From: a virus
Reading direction: 5' to 3' (one strand)
DNA length: 64,000 bases
Virus record (IMG/VR): IMGVR_UViG_3300046355_000046
Location: 22,458 to 86,457 of that record
The notes below the pieces were generated by a model, which was not told the DNA's origin, did no database searches, and saw nothing but the letters and a program-made list of their open reading frames with translations. Below are positions 36,901 to 45,548 of the stretch, one piece after another. Numbering within the stretch: position 1 is the first letter of the stretch; each line of letters starts with the position of its first letter. The translations under genes were made by a program, and so were the position numbers.

Positions 36901-39344
36901 GGGCTAGTGCTAGAGGGATATCTGCAGATAAAGCCATGGAAATGATTCTTCAGATAGATGAGAAAGGTAACTGGAATGGTAACTTCTTAAATAAATATAA
37001 GTCAGAGTTCAGAGAACAAAAGAACAAAGCCATATTATCTGGTAACAGTAAGTGGATTGTAGATAATATGAACTATGATAAAGAGAAGTATGAGGCTGCA
37101 GAAAAAAGAACTATAGAAAATTTCAGAAGTGTTGGTTATGCTTTAGATGAAGAAGCTAATGAGAAGATAGTACAAAAAAAGATTAAAGAGTGGGCTCTTA
37201 ATCATAAGGTTGTTAATGATAATGGAACTGTTAACATTAAAGCTTTGCTTAATCCTACTAATGGTTTTTTAATACCGGCTGATCAATGGCTTACAGATAA
37301 GTGGTTAAACCTACAAAAGCCTGAGAACCAAGCACTTAAAGATGTGTATGATTTCTTCCAATCATTAATTGATGAGGCAGAAGATTTAGGTATGTTAGAT
37401 AAAAATTCTAAAAACTTTATTCCGTCTGTATTTGCTTCTAAGATTGATCAGTTTGCTTTTGGGGATGTAAGAAATCTATTCTCTACTAAAGGGGTATTTG
37501 AAAATCTACAAGTAGATGCAGGTAATACATATACACCAGAGATTGATCCAACTGATGGTACTATCATTAATCGTATTCCTGTATACTTTACTTCAGATAT
37601 TGGCGTGAAGAATGAAGAAACAGGAGAAGTAGACTACTCTAAAAAGTCTAGAGACTTATTTAAAGTGTTTGCTGTATGGTCAGCTCATATGTATAACTAT
37701 GAAGCTATGCATGAGATTGAAGACTCTTCTCAAATGTTATTAGATGTTGAGCGTAATAAGCGTAGCTTGGTTACGGATCAGTTTGGTAATGTTAAAATAG
37801 AAAATGGTAAAGCTAAGTCTGCAGATAATAATGACAGAAATGCTAAAATCTTTGAAGAGTTTGTAAACTTCTATTTATATGACAGAGTTGGTGGTAAGTT
37901 TAACGATGCTAAACTTACAATACTAAATAAAGAATACTCATTATTAAAGACAGGACAAGCTGCTATGAGATTCTTTAGTCTTAAGACGTTAGCATTAAGT
38001 CCATTGTCTGGTACAGCACAGTTTGTTGGTGGTACAGGTAATGCTTTGTTCATGGCTCAGAAAGGTATTTACTTTACTAATAAGACATGGGCTAAAGCTA
38101 TGTACACTGCATCAGGAAGTAAGAAAGCTTGGGCCGCATTAAAGTTCATGAACGTACTTGGTGAAGGTAATACAAATGTTATGATAGAAGAGCTAAGCTT
38201 ATCTGCAACTAACAGAGTATTGACTACAGAAAATGCATACATCATGATGCGTATGGGTGATAAGGCTGTACAGTACCCAGTAGCTATTGCTATGATGATG
38301 GAGCATATGGTGCAAGACGGTAAGATTGTTAGTATACAGCAGTTTGTAAAAGCTAAGTATAACTACAATACAGAGTTTTATAACTTACCTAGTGCTGAGC
38401 GTAAAGCTTTGATGAAGAAGATAGACCAAGAAGTTGGTGAGCTTCAAGAAAAAGAAAGTGTTTACGTTAAAGGTGTAATGGATAAAGATGGTAATTTTAC
38501 TATACCAGGAATAGAAAAAGATAGTGAAACATTTTCAGACTTTAGAAATAAGATTAAGGGTGTTAACAAGCGTATTGTTGGTAACCAATCTAGAGATGAT
38601 ATTAACAATATTAGAACTACTCTATTAGGTCAAGCTTTTATGCAATTTAGATCATGGATGCCAGAGATGGTTGAAGAAAGACTTGAAGGACTTAAGTATG
38701 ATGATGAATTGCAGAACTGGACATATGGTAAGTTTCACTCATTCTTTGGTCATGTGTTTAGTAAAAAACTTCCTAAGCTTCTTAAAGCTATTATGACTGG
38801 GTTTGGAGATGACGCTGTACTATTAGCTAAAGAAAAGTATGAAGAACTTAAACGTGAAGCATATGAGAAAGGAGAAGACTTTACTATTACTGAAGGAGAA
38901 TTTGTAGATATTCATATTGGTAATCTACGCTCTATGGTAGCTGAACTTATGACACTTACTGCATTTGCTTCTGCTGTTCTATCTGTTGTATCTGGAGATG
39001 ATGGTAATAGAAGAAACAAAGGAATGAAACAGTATTTATCTAGAGCTCTTAAAAAGTACTACAATGAATTTGCATTTTACTACAACCCTATTGAACTAAC
39101 TAGATTAATGAGATCTCCTTTACCTGTTGTAAGCTTAGCTGAAGATATGGTTAGATTCTTAGGAGCTTTAAATAAAGAAGCTGCAGGTCAGTTAGTTGGA
39201 AATAAAGATTGGACAGAATCAGCAAAACCATTGAAGTACTTTACTAAGATGGTACCAGTAGCTAAAGAAGCTATGTTACTATTTGCCACCTATGACGATG
39301 ACTTCAGAAAAGATTGGGGTATAAAAATAGAACCAGGATACTAA
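33927..39344 (+). CDS. Large polyvalent virion protein (ADP-ribosyltransferase-like, degenerate zincin and PD-(D/E)XK nuclease domains)
   Basis: APNGK.S...FKDWFGDW. VYHGT...YFST...GYDSV...IAVFEPQQI. LPEEAAHF. GSIDLV...IYDWKS...YRIQL..Y. Confidence 0.72.
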   Translation: MGCSIIRNPETKQIERVLAPNGKESRLYEDILSIIGSKAKEDALKLWAQVYTTKFKDWFGDWERLERIRREDPGMDAGTFETVNAFVSKDIDENGEPKILNGLFTDRNGNVRMFYNALETNEAQLNEDYLFNTPFTTEIRELEEDSEAFFRRNRELASIGSPQQYSEYLNTVFPGSRIKSIVYHGTFLKDLIKDGFKGYVTYFSTSKKYSDQFSFGKDENIIRAVVNIQNPYTAPSEIADVPEEVHDTDAFTAPRVVKSRNSGYDSVVGKDAGQEKGDTIAVFEPQQILVLGSKEDIEGFRRFVSPSLTAKDIEEGTRPEDVKNKITKFLEKIGVAIQSVDVIRDAQGNIVKDAAAKASMLNKIIQVVDGLESLDTLPEEAAHFFVEMLGPGHPLYKEMVSKITGYKVYAQTVEQYKNKAAYRNADGTINFDKIKKEAIGQVIAEHILKMQTGNETQERMNFLMNWWTKLWDFVKEIFNKSEDNPFETAAENILDGNTEFLDTDIQLDEEYYQLVDPTQGLKMDQTNIELDNSIDPRTGQKRHIYKYKGENAKGSVTSTYVDRWLKKIFRSDQRSEKQKLIDLNKAEFGDVIHKQIQNIVNSWTYDDGSKRDVQGPINIILPNAVYTRLNTYIQSVMAQYEPGTQFMSEVKVFDQKAKIGGSIDLVVIQPNGVVDIYDWKSQEVGKTQTDLKTYKETMYRIQLENYRKILQLQYGFQKFGKLRAIPMRTKFTIKNGQIDTIKELEVGNIDPTLIPDDKSYLLPVTLRTESTGDSQMDSLLEKLNGIYDKIDKTRYTKEELYKKREELAQLRVAIRDLQLKNKVDRLVELGLLEYKKYAEMLDNKTLSGKELQDAIKILQVFSESGVLLYDLREQYFNVAQNSKKKGAIAEYEDLNKRFLTMTSRVTKLIADLDIYRKEQVDNLAKKNGIFNILDAEAPLSTYRGLLSALSNIPQRSFRLFSKILRVVQNNRDAKFDSTAAKMVLLKKKFLTWASARGISADKAMEMILQIDEKGNWNGNFLNKYKSEFREQKNKAILSGNSKWIVDNMNYDKEKYEAAEKRTIENFRSVGYALDEEANEKIVQKKIKEWALNHKVVNDNGTVNIKALLNPTNGFLIPADQWLTDKWLNLQKPENQALKDVYDFFQSLIDEAEDLGMLDKNSKNFIPSVFASKIDQFAFGDVRNLFSTKGVFENLQVDAGNTYTPEIDPTDGTIINRIPVYFTSDIGVKNEETGEVDYSKKSRDLFKVFAVWSAHMYNYEAMHEIEDSSQMLLDVERNKRSLVTDQFGNVKIENGKAKSADNNDRNAKIFEEFVNFYLYDRVGGKFNDAKLTILNKEYSLLKTGQAAMRFFSLKTLALSPLSGTAQFVGGTGNALFMAQKGIYFTNKTWAKAMYTASGSKKAWAALKFMNVLGEGNTNVMIEELSLSATNRVLTTENAYIMMRMGDKAVQYPVAIAMMMEHMVQDGKIVSIQQFVKAKYNYNTEFYNLPSAERKALMKKIDQEVGELQEKESVYVKGVMDKDGNFTIPGIEKDSETFSDFRNKIKGVNKRIVGNQSRDDINNIRTTLLGQAFMQFRSWMPEMVEERLEGLKYDDELQNWTYGKFHSFFGHVFSKKLPKLLKAIMTGFGDDAVLLAKEKYEELKREAYEKGEDFTITEGEFVDIHIGNLRSMVAELMTLTAFASAVLSVVSGDDGNRRNKGMKQYLSRALKKYYNEFAFYYNPIELTRLMRSPLPVVSLAEDMVRFLGALNKEAAGQLVGNKDWTESAKPLKYFTKMVPVAKEAMLLFATYDDDFRKDWGIKIEPGY

Positions 39345-39345
39345 T

Positions 39346-39379
39346 AAAAAAGGGGGACTAATTATCCCCCTTTAATTTT
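39346..39379. terminator. Bidirectional intrinsic terminator between the convergent structural and replication blocks
   Basis: AAAGGGGGA-CTAATTA-TCCCCCTTT stem-loop with an A-run on the left and a T-rich run on the right. Confidence 0.85.
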
Positions 39380-39561
39380 ATATTGATAGTCATAAGAGCT
39401 ATGACTATACCAAAACTTATAGATGCGTATTTGGTCAAGATAAAAGTTTTATCTGGTCTTATACCATCACACATGTTTAATACTTCACACTCTATACCAA
39501 ACAGACTTCTGTCTGCATTGAATAAAGAGAATGATACTGTTGGCATTTTGTTAATCTGCAT
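39358..39561 (-). CDS. Small hypothetical protein with hydrophobic C-terminus
   Basis: 67-aa ORF abutting the upstream gene. Its stop codon lies in the terminator loop. Confidence 0.55.
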   Translation of the reverse strand: MQINKMPTVSFSLFNADRSLFGIECEVLNMCDGIRPDKTFILTKYASISFGIVIALMTINIKLKGDN

Positions 39562-39562
39562 A

Positions 39563-40003
39563 TTATTTGGTTTTTGTTTCTACTGTAAATGGATGTCTAC
39601 CGATGTAGCAATCTTCTGGTAGGCCCATATGTTTTTTAAATCCGTTGAGTAAGCTATGAATATTGCTAGCTCCAACAGGGTTATGACTATGTACAGAACA
39701 TCCTTTTAAAGGTACGTTATTTTCCTGACAATACTCTACTAACCACTTAGCACAGTCTAGACCAGTCTTCTCAGTATACTCATCATAGTTTGGATGCTGA
39801 TAGCCTAGTGCTAACTTTTGTCTAAAGTAGTCATCAATATGTTCATCAGCTAAGTCATGATCAAATGATATAAGATCAGGCATACCATGAGTACTGATCC
39901 ATTCTACAAATTGTGCGTAGTTTCTAACTACAAACCAAGATTCGTACCCCGGAATAGTTTCCGTTGGGGTACGCTGGTCATCTAAATAGAGAGCTTTCTT
40001 CAT
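39563..40003 (-). CDS. Cyclic-phosphate-processing receiver-domain protein
   Basis: LYLDD.R.P, ISFDHDL, TG.DCAKWL and VHS.NPVG motifs. Confidence 0.8.
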   Translation of the reverse strand: MKKALYLDDQRTPTETIPGYESWFVVRNYAQFVEWISTHGMPDLISFDHDLADEHIDDYFRQKLALGYQHPNYDEYTEKTGLDCAKWLVEYCQENNVPLKGCSVHSHNPVGASNIHSLLNGFKKHMGLPEDCYIGRHPFTVETKTK

Positions 40004-40006
40004 ATT

Positions 40007-40309
40007 TTAGTCTTTAATAAATACACCGTTTACAGTTTTACCTGTACGGCTTTTAATCTCATTCCAAGCTGCTTCTAAACACTCTGCAGGTTCCATGCCT
40101 ACTTGTTTAGCTAAAATAATTAAGGTCACAAATGCATCTCCTATACCATCTTTAAGCTCTTCTTGCTTGTTCTTAGCTAAGGCTCCAGCAGTTTCACCTA
40201 CTTCTTCCATAACTTTAAGCATCTGCTTAGGTGCATTTTCTGGTTTTAAGATGTTCTTATCTTCTGCCCATCCAATTACGTTGTCAATAAGTGTGTTAAA
40301 GTTTTCCAT
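40007..40309 (-). CDS. MazG-like nucleotide pyrophosphohydrolase
   Basis: KVMEEVGET...DGIGDAFVTL...AWNEIK.R.GK..NG.F.K. Confidence 0.88.
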   Translation of the reverse strand: MENFNTLIDNVIGWAEDKNILKPENAPKQMLKVMEEVGETAGALAKNKQEELKDGIGDAFVTLIILAKQVGMEPAECLEAAWNEIKSRTGKTVNGVFIKD

Positions 40310-40313
40310 TGTT

Positions 40314-40736
40314 TTATTTTTGTTTAAGTAAATCTAATTCTGTTTTGAGTTCTATTAACTCTTGTTGCATAACTCTTTGGTTATCAACTAATTGTGTAAT
40401 GTTCTGTTGTAGTTCATCTATTCTTTTACCAGATGATTTTATAATTTTAGCGTACTCTGATAAATCAAAGGTAGATGTTTTAGTACATCCTACAGTTTCT
40501 CCATCACAAGTTGTCATAGTTATTACATTGATTCTAGTAGGTAGTTGTACACTTTCTAGATATCTATTATAATAAGGTTGGTCCATGTTAGCCATAGACT
40601 GTACCCAATCAGTCATTTCGATCTGAGTGAGTACAGTTGTTTGCATATTATCTACTAACCAAGCTTTTACTTCATCGTGTAGAAAGAACCTAGGTTTTTG
40701 ACCTACTCTTTCTTGTGTTAATATTTCATCTATCAT
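40314..40736 (-). CDS. Hypothetical protein with C-terminal coiled coil
   Basis: 140-aa ORF in operon context. Confidence 0.7.
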   Translation of the reverse strand: MIDEILTQERVGQKPRFFLHDEVKAWLVDNMQTTVLTQIEMTDWVQSMANMDQPYYNRYLESVQLPTRINVITMTTCDGETVGCTKTSTFDLSEYAKIIKSSGKRIDELQQNITQLVDNQRVMQQELIELKTELDLLKQK

Positions 40737-40747
40737 TGTGTTGGTTT

Positions 40748-42373
40748 TTATCCCTCACAGCTAGCACACTCCAAAATGTTTCTTGTAAATGATTGAGCAC
40801 TACTAATACTAAACTGATAGTAGAGAGTCTTTACTCCTTGCTCATGAGCAAATAGATACAGCTGGTTGATATCTTTAGCTGGAATGGTAGGGTGAATCAT
40901 TAGATTTAGAGACTGAGACTGATCAATAAACTTCTGTCTTGCAGCAGCTTGGATAATAATCTCTTTAGGACTAATCTCAATGAATGATTTAAATACAGCT
41001 TTTGTAGGGAAATCTAAATGCTGTACTGATCCATCTTTCTTAAGGATACTGTCCCAAGTCTCTGCATTATTAAGATTGTATTTTTCAAGCTCTTCTTCTA
41101 AGAAAGGATTCTTGTATACAGTCTTACTCTTAGCTAAGTCTTTAATAAAATAGTTAGACTTAATAGGCTCAATACCCATACTAACTTGACCGTGGATAAA
41201 TGAACTAGACTTAGTAGGTGCAATTGCAACTAAAGTTGTATTAGCATAACCTGGTCTAATAGATTTAATTCCTTTAGTCTCACATAACATCTTAGATGTA
41301 GCATCAGATCTTTCTTTGATAGTCTTAAAGACTTCTACATTTAACATCTTAGCTTGCATAGATTCAAACTCTACAAGCTTTGATTGTAAATATGTATGCC
41401 ATCCTAGAACACCTAGTCCAATTGCTCTGTGATTTTTTGCAAACCTGTGAGCTCTAGACATGCCCGGTAGTGTAGCAGCTTTAGTAATAAACTCATCAAT
41501 CACTGCATTAAGAAACAGAGTATAAGTTTCAATAGCATCTGTTTGTTTAATCTCATCCCAGTGCAATAAGTTTAGGGACCCTAGACAACATACAAAAGAG
41601 TTGTAACTGTCTGTAGGTAACTGAATCTCAGAGCATAAGTTACTTGCTGTGATGTCCATTCCTAGCTCTTTGTAAGGAGAGTTGTTATTAGAGTTATCTT
41701 TAAACATAATATATGGAAAACCAAACTCATTACGTCTCTGAATAATCTTAGCCCAGATTTTACGTTTCTCAGGGTCACCTGCCTTCATCTCTTCTATCCA
41801 AGCATCAGTTACTGTAATACCGTACTGAAGATTCTGAATAAGATTACCTTCTGTACCAATATCTAAGAACTCTAAAATGTCTGGATGTTCTACTGGAAGG
41901 TATGCTGCACATGCACCACGTCTTGCTTCAGACTGTTTGCAAACATCTACTACTGTATCATAGATACGAGCATAGTGTACAGGTCCATCTGCTGTACCTC
42001 CTGTAGAGATAGCAGTACCACGGGATCTAATGTTTCCTAAGTATACACTAGTACCTCCACCATACTTTGACATCATGCCAATTTCACGACCTGCATTAAG
42101 AATGCTGTCTAGATTGTCATCTACATTACTACCATAACAACTAATTGGTAAACCTTTCTGCTTACCAAAGTTAATCCATACTGGAGTAGATAAACTATAG
42201 AAGCCACGGCTCATATAGTCTTCAAACTTTTGTGCAAAGCCAGGAACATTAAGATACTTCTCAGCTATCCTAGCTATGTCTTTAATCCTTTGCTCAGGAG
42301 ACTCTGTAATATATCCTCTAGAAAGGAACTTGCGGCTTTCATCATTAAGCCAATAATAGTTAGAATAGGTCAT
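40748..42373 (-). CDS. nrdA: Class Ia ribonucleotide reductase alpha subunit (no ATP cone)
   Basis: PISC, KYGGG, SNLCSEI, APT.SSS, KTLYY and C-terminal CASC. Start reassigned to ATG 42373 (MTYSNYYWLN). Confidence 0.93.
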   Translation of the reverse strand: MTYSNYYWLNDESRKFLSRGYITESPEQRIKDIARIAEKYLNVPGFAQKFEDYMSRGFYSLSTPVWINFGKQKGLPISCYGSNVDDNLDSILNAGREIGMMSKYGGGTSVYLGNIRSRGTAISTGGTADGPVHYARIYDTVVDVCKQSEARRGACAAYLPVEHPDILEFLDIGTEGNLIQNLQYGITVTDAWIEEMKAGDPEKRKIWAKIIQRRNEFGFPYIMFKDNSNNNSPYKELGMDITASNLCSEIQLPTDSYNSFVCCLGSLNLLHWDEIKQTDAIETYTLFLNAVIDEFITKAATLPGMSRAHRFAKNHRAIGLGVLGWHTYLQSKLVEFESMQAKMLNVEVFKTIKERSDATSKMLCETKGIKSIRPGYANTTLVAIAPTKSSSFIHGQVSMGIEPIKSNYFIKDLAKSKTVYKNPFLEEELEKYNLNNAETWDSILKKDGSVQHLDFPTKAVFKSFIEISPKEIIIQAAARQKFIDQSQSLNLMIHPTIPAKDINQLYLFAHEQGVKTLYYQFSISSAQSFTRNILECASCEG

Positions 42374-43340
42374 CTTCTGTGATTGCTTTAGATTTTTTAT
42401 TATAATCAATTTGTTTCTTGTAAAAGAAGTCACCTTCTTTAGTAGCTAAGATCTCTACATCAAACCAATGAGTCTGCTCTAATAGACTAGAGTCAATAGT
42501 AAAGACAGGGTTCATACCAATCTTTGCTAAAGAGTTATTAAATCTATTCATAATGAAAGCTTTAATGTTTTCTTTAGGAAGAAACTCAAGCTCACCTTTC
42601 TCAAAGATCCAATCTAGAATATCACACTCTGCAGCAAATGCTTTTTGACATGCTGAGTAGATAAGATCTTTGAACTCCTGGTCAAACCATTCTGGATTTT
42701 CTGCTTGAATAATATTAATTATCTCAGCACCAAAGTTACCATGGATATCCTCTTCTTTAGAAGTAGCTTCTACAACGTTTGAGATTCCCTTAAATAAGTT
42801 TTTCTCTTTGTTAAAAGACATCATGATTAAGAACTGGCTGAACAAACTAACATGCTCAATGAATAGAGAGAATAAAAGCACACTCTTAGTATACATCTTA
42901 TTATCTCCACTACGGGTACCATCAAGATACTTTTTCAAGTATTGGATTCTACCTTCAATAGCCGGGATTTCAATTACTGTTCTGAACTCTTCTTCAAGAC
43001 CCAGAATTCTAAGTAGTCTAGCATAAGCATCTTTGTGTCTAACTTCAGACTCAGCAAAGGTCATACCTACATCACCTATCTCAGTGATTGGCATTCTTTT
43101 ATACAAGTCAGCCCAAAAGGTTTTAACATTAACTTCTATCTGAGCAATAGCTAACATTGTTCTTTTAATAACTTCTCTTTCCTCATCAGTCACTTTAACT
43201 CTAAAGTCATCAATGTCTGTAGTAAAGTTGTATTCTGTGTCAATCCAATAGGAGTGACGGATAGCATCTTTATATGCTAGTAACTGTGGATACTCATAAG
43301 GAAGAATGTTTACTCTGGCCTCAAAGATGTTTCTTTTCAT
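42360..43340 (-). CDS. nrdB: Class Ia ribonucleotide reductase beta subunit
   Basis: ESEVRH.DAY, IEHVSLFSQF, EEDIH and DFF C-terminal motifs. Confidence 0.93.
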   Translation of the reverse strand: MKRNIFEARVNILPYEYPQLLAYKDAIRHSYWIDTEYNFTTDIDDFRVKVTDEEREVIKRTMLAIAQIEVNVKTFWADLYKRMPITEIGDVGMTFAESEVRHKDAYARLLRILGLEEEFRTVIEIPAIEGRIQYLKKYLDGTRSGDNKMYTKSVLLFSLFIEHVSLFSQFLIMMSFNKEKNLFKGISNVVEATSKEEDIHGNFGAEIINIIQAENPEWFDQEFKDLIYSACQKAFAAECDILDWIFEKGELEFLPKENIKAFIMNRFNNSLAKIGMNPVFTIDSSLLEQTHWFDVEILATKEGDFFYKKQIDYNKKSKAITEDDLF

Positions 43341-43355
43341 TTTTCTATTAGTGTT

Positions 43356-43832
43356 TTATATTAAATCTTTATTCTCTTCTGTCTTATTAGCTTCTATTTC
43401 ATTAAGTTTTAACTTAACTAGTCTTTCACAAACTTCTCTCCAGTTATGTGCTTCAACTTGTACCATAGGTACTCTTAAGTTATTGGCTTTAGCTTGAGAA
43501 AACTCTTCTGGGTTATCATCTAGATGCCATATAAACTTAGTACCGTCTAAGTACTTATACTTATACTCCATGCAAGTAAAGCGTACATGATATCTAGGTA
43601 TACCTAATTTATCTACTACTGCCCATAGTTGTGCATTAGGATCTCCAGTAGTATTACTAGTAATCTTAGCCCAAAGCTCTTCAGAAAAAGCTTTAAAGTA
43701 TTTATGCTGATGGTTAGAATCGTAACGAGTAGTTACCACCCATACTTCTACACCTAACTTTATAAGTGTTTTGGCATACTCCTGAACGTCTTCACGCTCT
43801 AGTGTGCCATCAAAATCAAAACTTACTTTCAT
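43356..43832 (-). CDS. HAD-superfamily phosphatase-like protein
   Basis: SFDFDGTL (motif I), VVTTR (II), K (III) and HLDDN (IV). Confidence 0.8.
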   Translation of the reverse strand: MKVSFDFDGTLEREDVQEYAKTLIKLGVEVWVVTTRYDSNHQHKYFKAFSEELWAKITSNTTGDPNAQLWAVVDKLGIPRYHVRFTCMEYKYKYLDGTKFIWHLDDNPEEFSQAKANNLRVPMVQVEAHNWREVCERLVKLKLNEIEANKTEENKDLI

Positions 43833-43835
43833 ATT

Positions 43836-44105
43836 TTATTCTGTTTGGTTTTCCATGTATTTTTTAAACTCTGATGCTACTTTAGGATTAGCTTCTTCTA
43901 AATAGTATAATGTAGTTTCATACCTACCGTTTTCTATCTCACGGATAAATACTTCATTAACAAGACTGTCTTTAACTGTAATGGTGCTGTCTAACTGTTT
44001 TTGTAATATTCCTATTTGCTTAACCTGTTCTTTCAGATCAAACAGTGTATAGAACAGTAGACCAATAGTTGCAATACTAAGTACAGCACCAATATACTTT
44101 TTCAT
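43836..44105 (-). CDS. Small membrane-anchored hypothetical protein
   Basis: N-terminal hydrophobic helix followed by a coiled coil. Confidence 0.65.
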   Translation of the reverse strand: MKKYIGAVLSIATIGLLFYTLFDLKEQVKQIGILQKQLDSTITVKDSLVNEVFIREIENGRYETTLYYLEEANPKVASEFKKYMENQTE

Positions 44106-44106
44106 T

Positions 44107-44358
44107 TTAAATAGTTTTTAATCCACAATACAGATCAATCATAGCCATTTCTCTTTCTGCTATCTTTTTGTAATAGCTTTTCTTTTTTAAATACTTAATT
44201 CCCCAATCTATCCATTCTTGTCTTTGAGCTTCAGTCATGGTCCATTGAGTATACCAGGCATCTTTTCTACCAATGATGTCATCATAGCTAACCTGATGGC
44301 CGGCTATGATGAACATTTGGTTAATGATATCTTTTGCTATATTCTCATTTCGAGTCAT
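44107..44358 (-). CDS. Hypothetical protein (Trp-rich)
   Basis: 83-aa ORF in a tightly packed operon. Confidence 0.7.
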   Translation of the reverse strand: MTRNENIAKDIINQMFIIAGHQVSYDDIIGRKDAWYTQWTMTEAQRQEWIDWGIKYLKKKSYYKKIAEREMAMIDLYCGLKTI

Positions 44359-44572
44359 AGTATATCTGTCTTACTTTACTTCCTAACTCATTATCATTAG
44401 GTGTGTTAATAATTGTGGCTTCTGGTACAAGGATATGATTACGGTTAGTACCGTTAGTATAACAATTTGCACACAGCTGACCTAAACCTTCTACATACCC
44501 ATTTCTCATGTCTACATGAGTGGATACATCATATGCAGTTTCTACACCGCAGGATACACAAACATCTTTCAT
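44345..44572 (-). CDS. Small Zn-finger protein
   Basis: CVSC...YVEG.GQLCANC. Confidence 0.7.
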   Translation of the reverse strand: MKDVCVSCGVETAYDVSTHVDMRNGYVEGLGQLCANCYTNGTNRNHILVPEATIINTPNDNELGSKVRQIYYDSK

Positions 44573-44580
44573 AGTTGGTT

Positions 44581-44811
44581 TTATTTAGTAAAAAATTCTT
44601 TAATACGTTCTTTAAAAGTGAGGGTTACATTATGAAAATCTTTACCATTCCATCTTGTTACAGATCCTTTTCCTGACTTTTTAAATGTACAGATTCTACA
44701 CACTCGTACCTTTCCTAATGCTATTTTTAACTGAAACTTTCTAGTGTCAGTCTTAAACATGAATAGGGGATACCAACATGCACAATCTGTACAGTGTTTT
44801 CCTATTTTCAT
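44581..44811 (-). CDS. Small basic Zn-finger protein
   Basis: CTDC...CRIC pairs. Confidence 0.6.
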   Translation of the reverse strand: MKIGKHCTDCACWYPLFMFKTDTRKFQLKIALGKVRVCRICTFKKSGKGSVTRWNGKDFHNVTLTFKERIKEFFTK

Positions 44812-44854
44812 AGGGTATTTTTTAAGGAGTGCCGGTTATATAATATACTTAAAA

Positions 44855-45547
44855 TTATTGAACTTCTAGTACATTTCCAAAAGAAGTTAGACCAAGATCA
44901 AACCTTCCATCTCTGACACAAGCAGCGTTAGAAAATACAGTTCGTGTATGACCAAAAGTAGCTACTCCTTGGTTATATACTCCATCCATATTATGGATAT
45001 GACCAAAGCACATAAGTTTAAGAGTAGTGCTTAAAGCAAGACAACGCTTAAGTAGTGCTTGATCACCACAGAACTCTAGTTGACCATATCTATCAAAGGA
45101 TAGATCTCGTACTCCTTTAGGTGGACCATGTACTATAAGTACATCAGTATCATCTGGAACAGCCTGCCATACATCATGCATTTTATCACGAGCTTTCATA
45201 AAAGCCCACTGACCAAACGTTGGTGTAAGAGGAGATCCGTAGAACTTAACTCCTTTTATAACAGTCTCTGAATTCTCTAGGTATATAATACCACGGTCTT
45301 CAAAGTTTTTCTTAGTGATTCTATTCCTTTCTATAGAGGTGTCATGGTTACCCGCTACATATATTTTGTAGTTAACAGGTACACGCTCATACCAATTTAA
45401 GAAGTTAATTACTTCTTGTTCATTTCTAACTACATCGTAGTAGTTAGAGCAATCACCACTATGAACTACTACATCAATCCCTTCCCAAGTTGTATCTGGG
45501 AATTGATTGTGGTATCCATGGGTGTCTGAAATGTGTAGTATTTTCAT
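44855..45547 (-). CDS. Metallophosphoesterase (MPPED/239FB-like)
   Basis: ISDTHG, HSGD, AGNHD, HGPP and FGHIH. Start reassigned to ATG 45547 (MKILHISD). Confidence 0.88.
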   Translation of the reverse strand: MKILHISDTHGYHNQFPDTTWEGIDVVVHSGDCSNYYDVVRNEQEVINFLNWYERVPVNYKIYVAGNHDTSIERNRITKKNFEDRGIIYLENSETVIKGVKFYGSPLTPTFGQWAFMKARDKMHDVWQAVPDDTDVLIVHGPPKGVRDLSFDRYGQLEFCGDQALLKRCLALSTTLKLMCFGHIHNMDGVYNQGVATFGHTRTVFSNAACVRDGRFDLGLTSFGNVLEVQ

Positions 45548-45548
45548 A

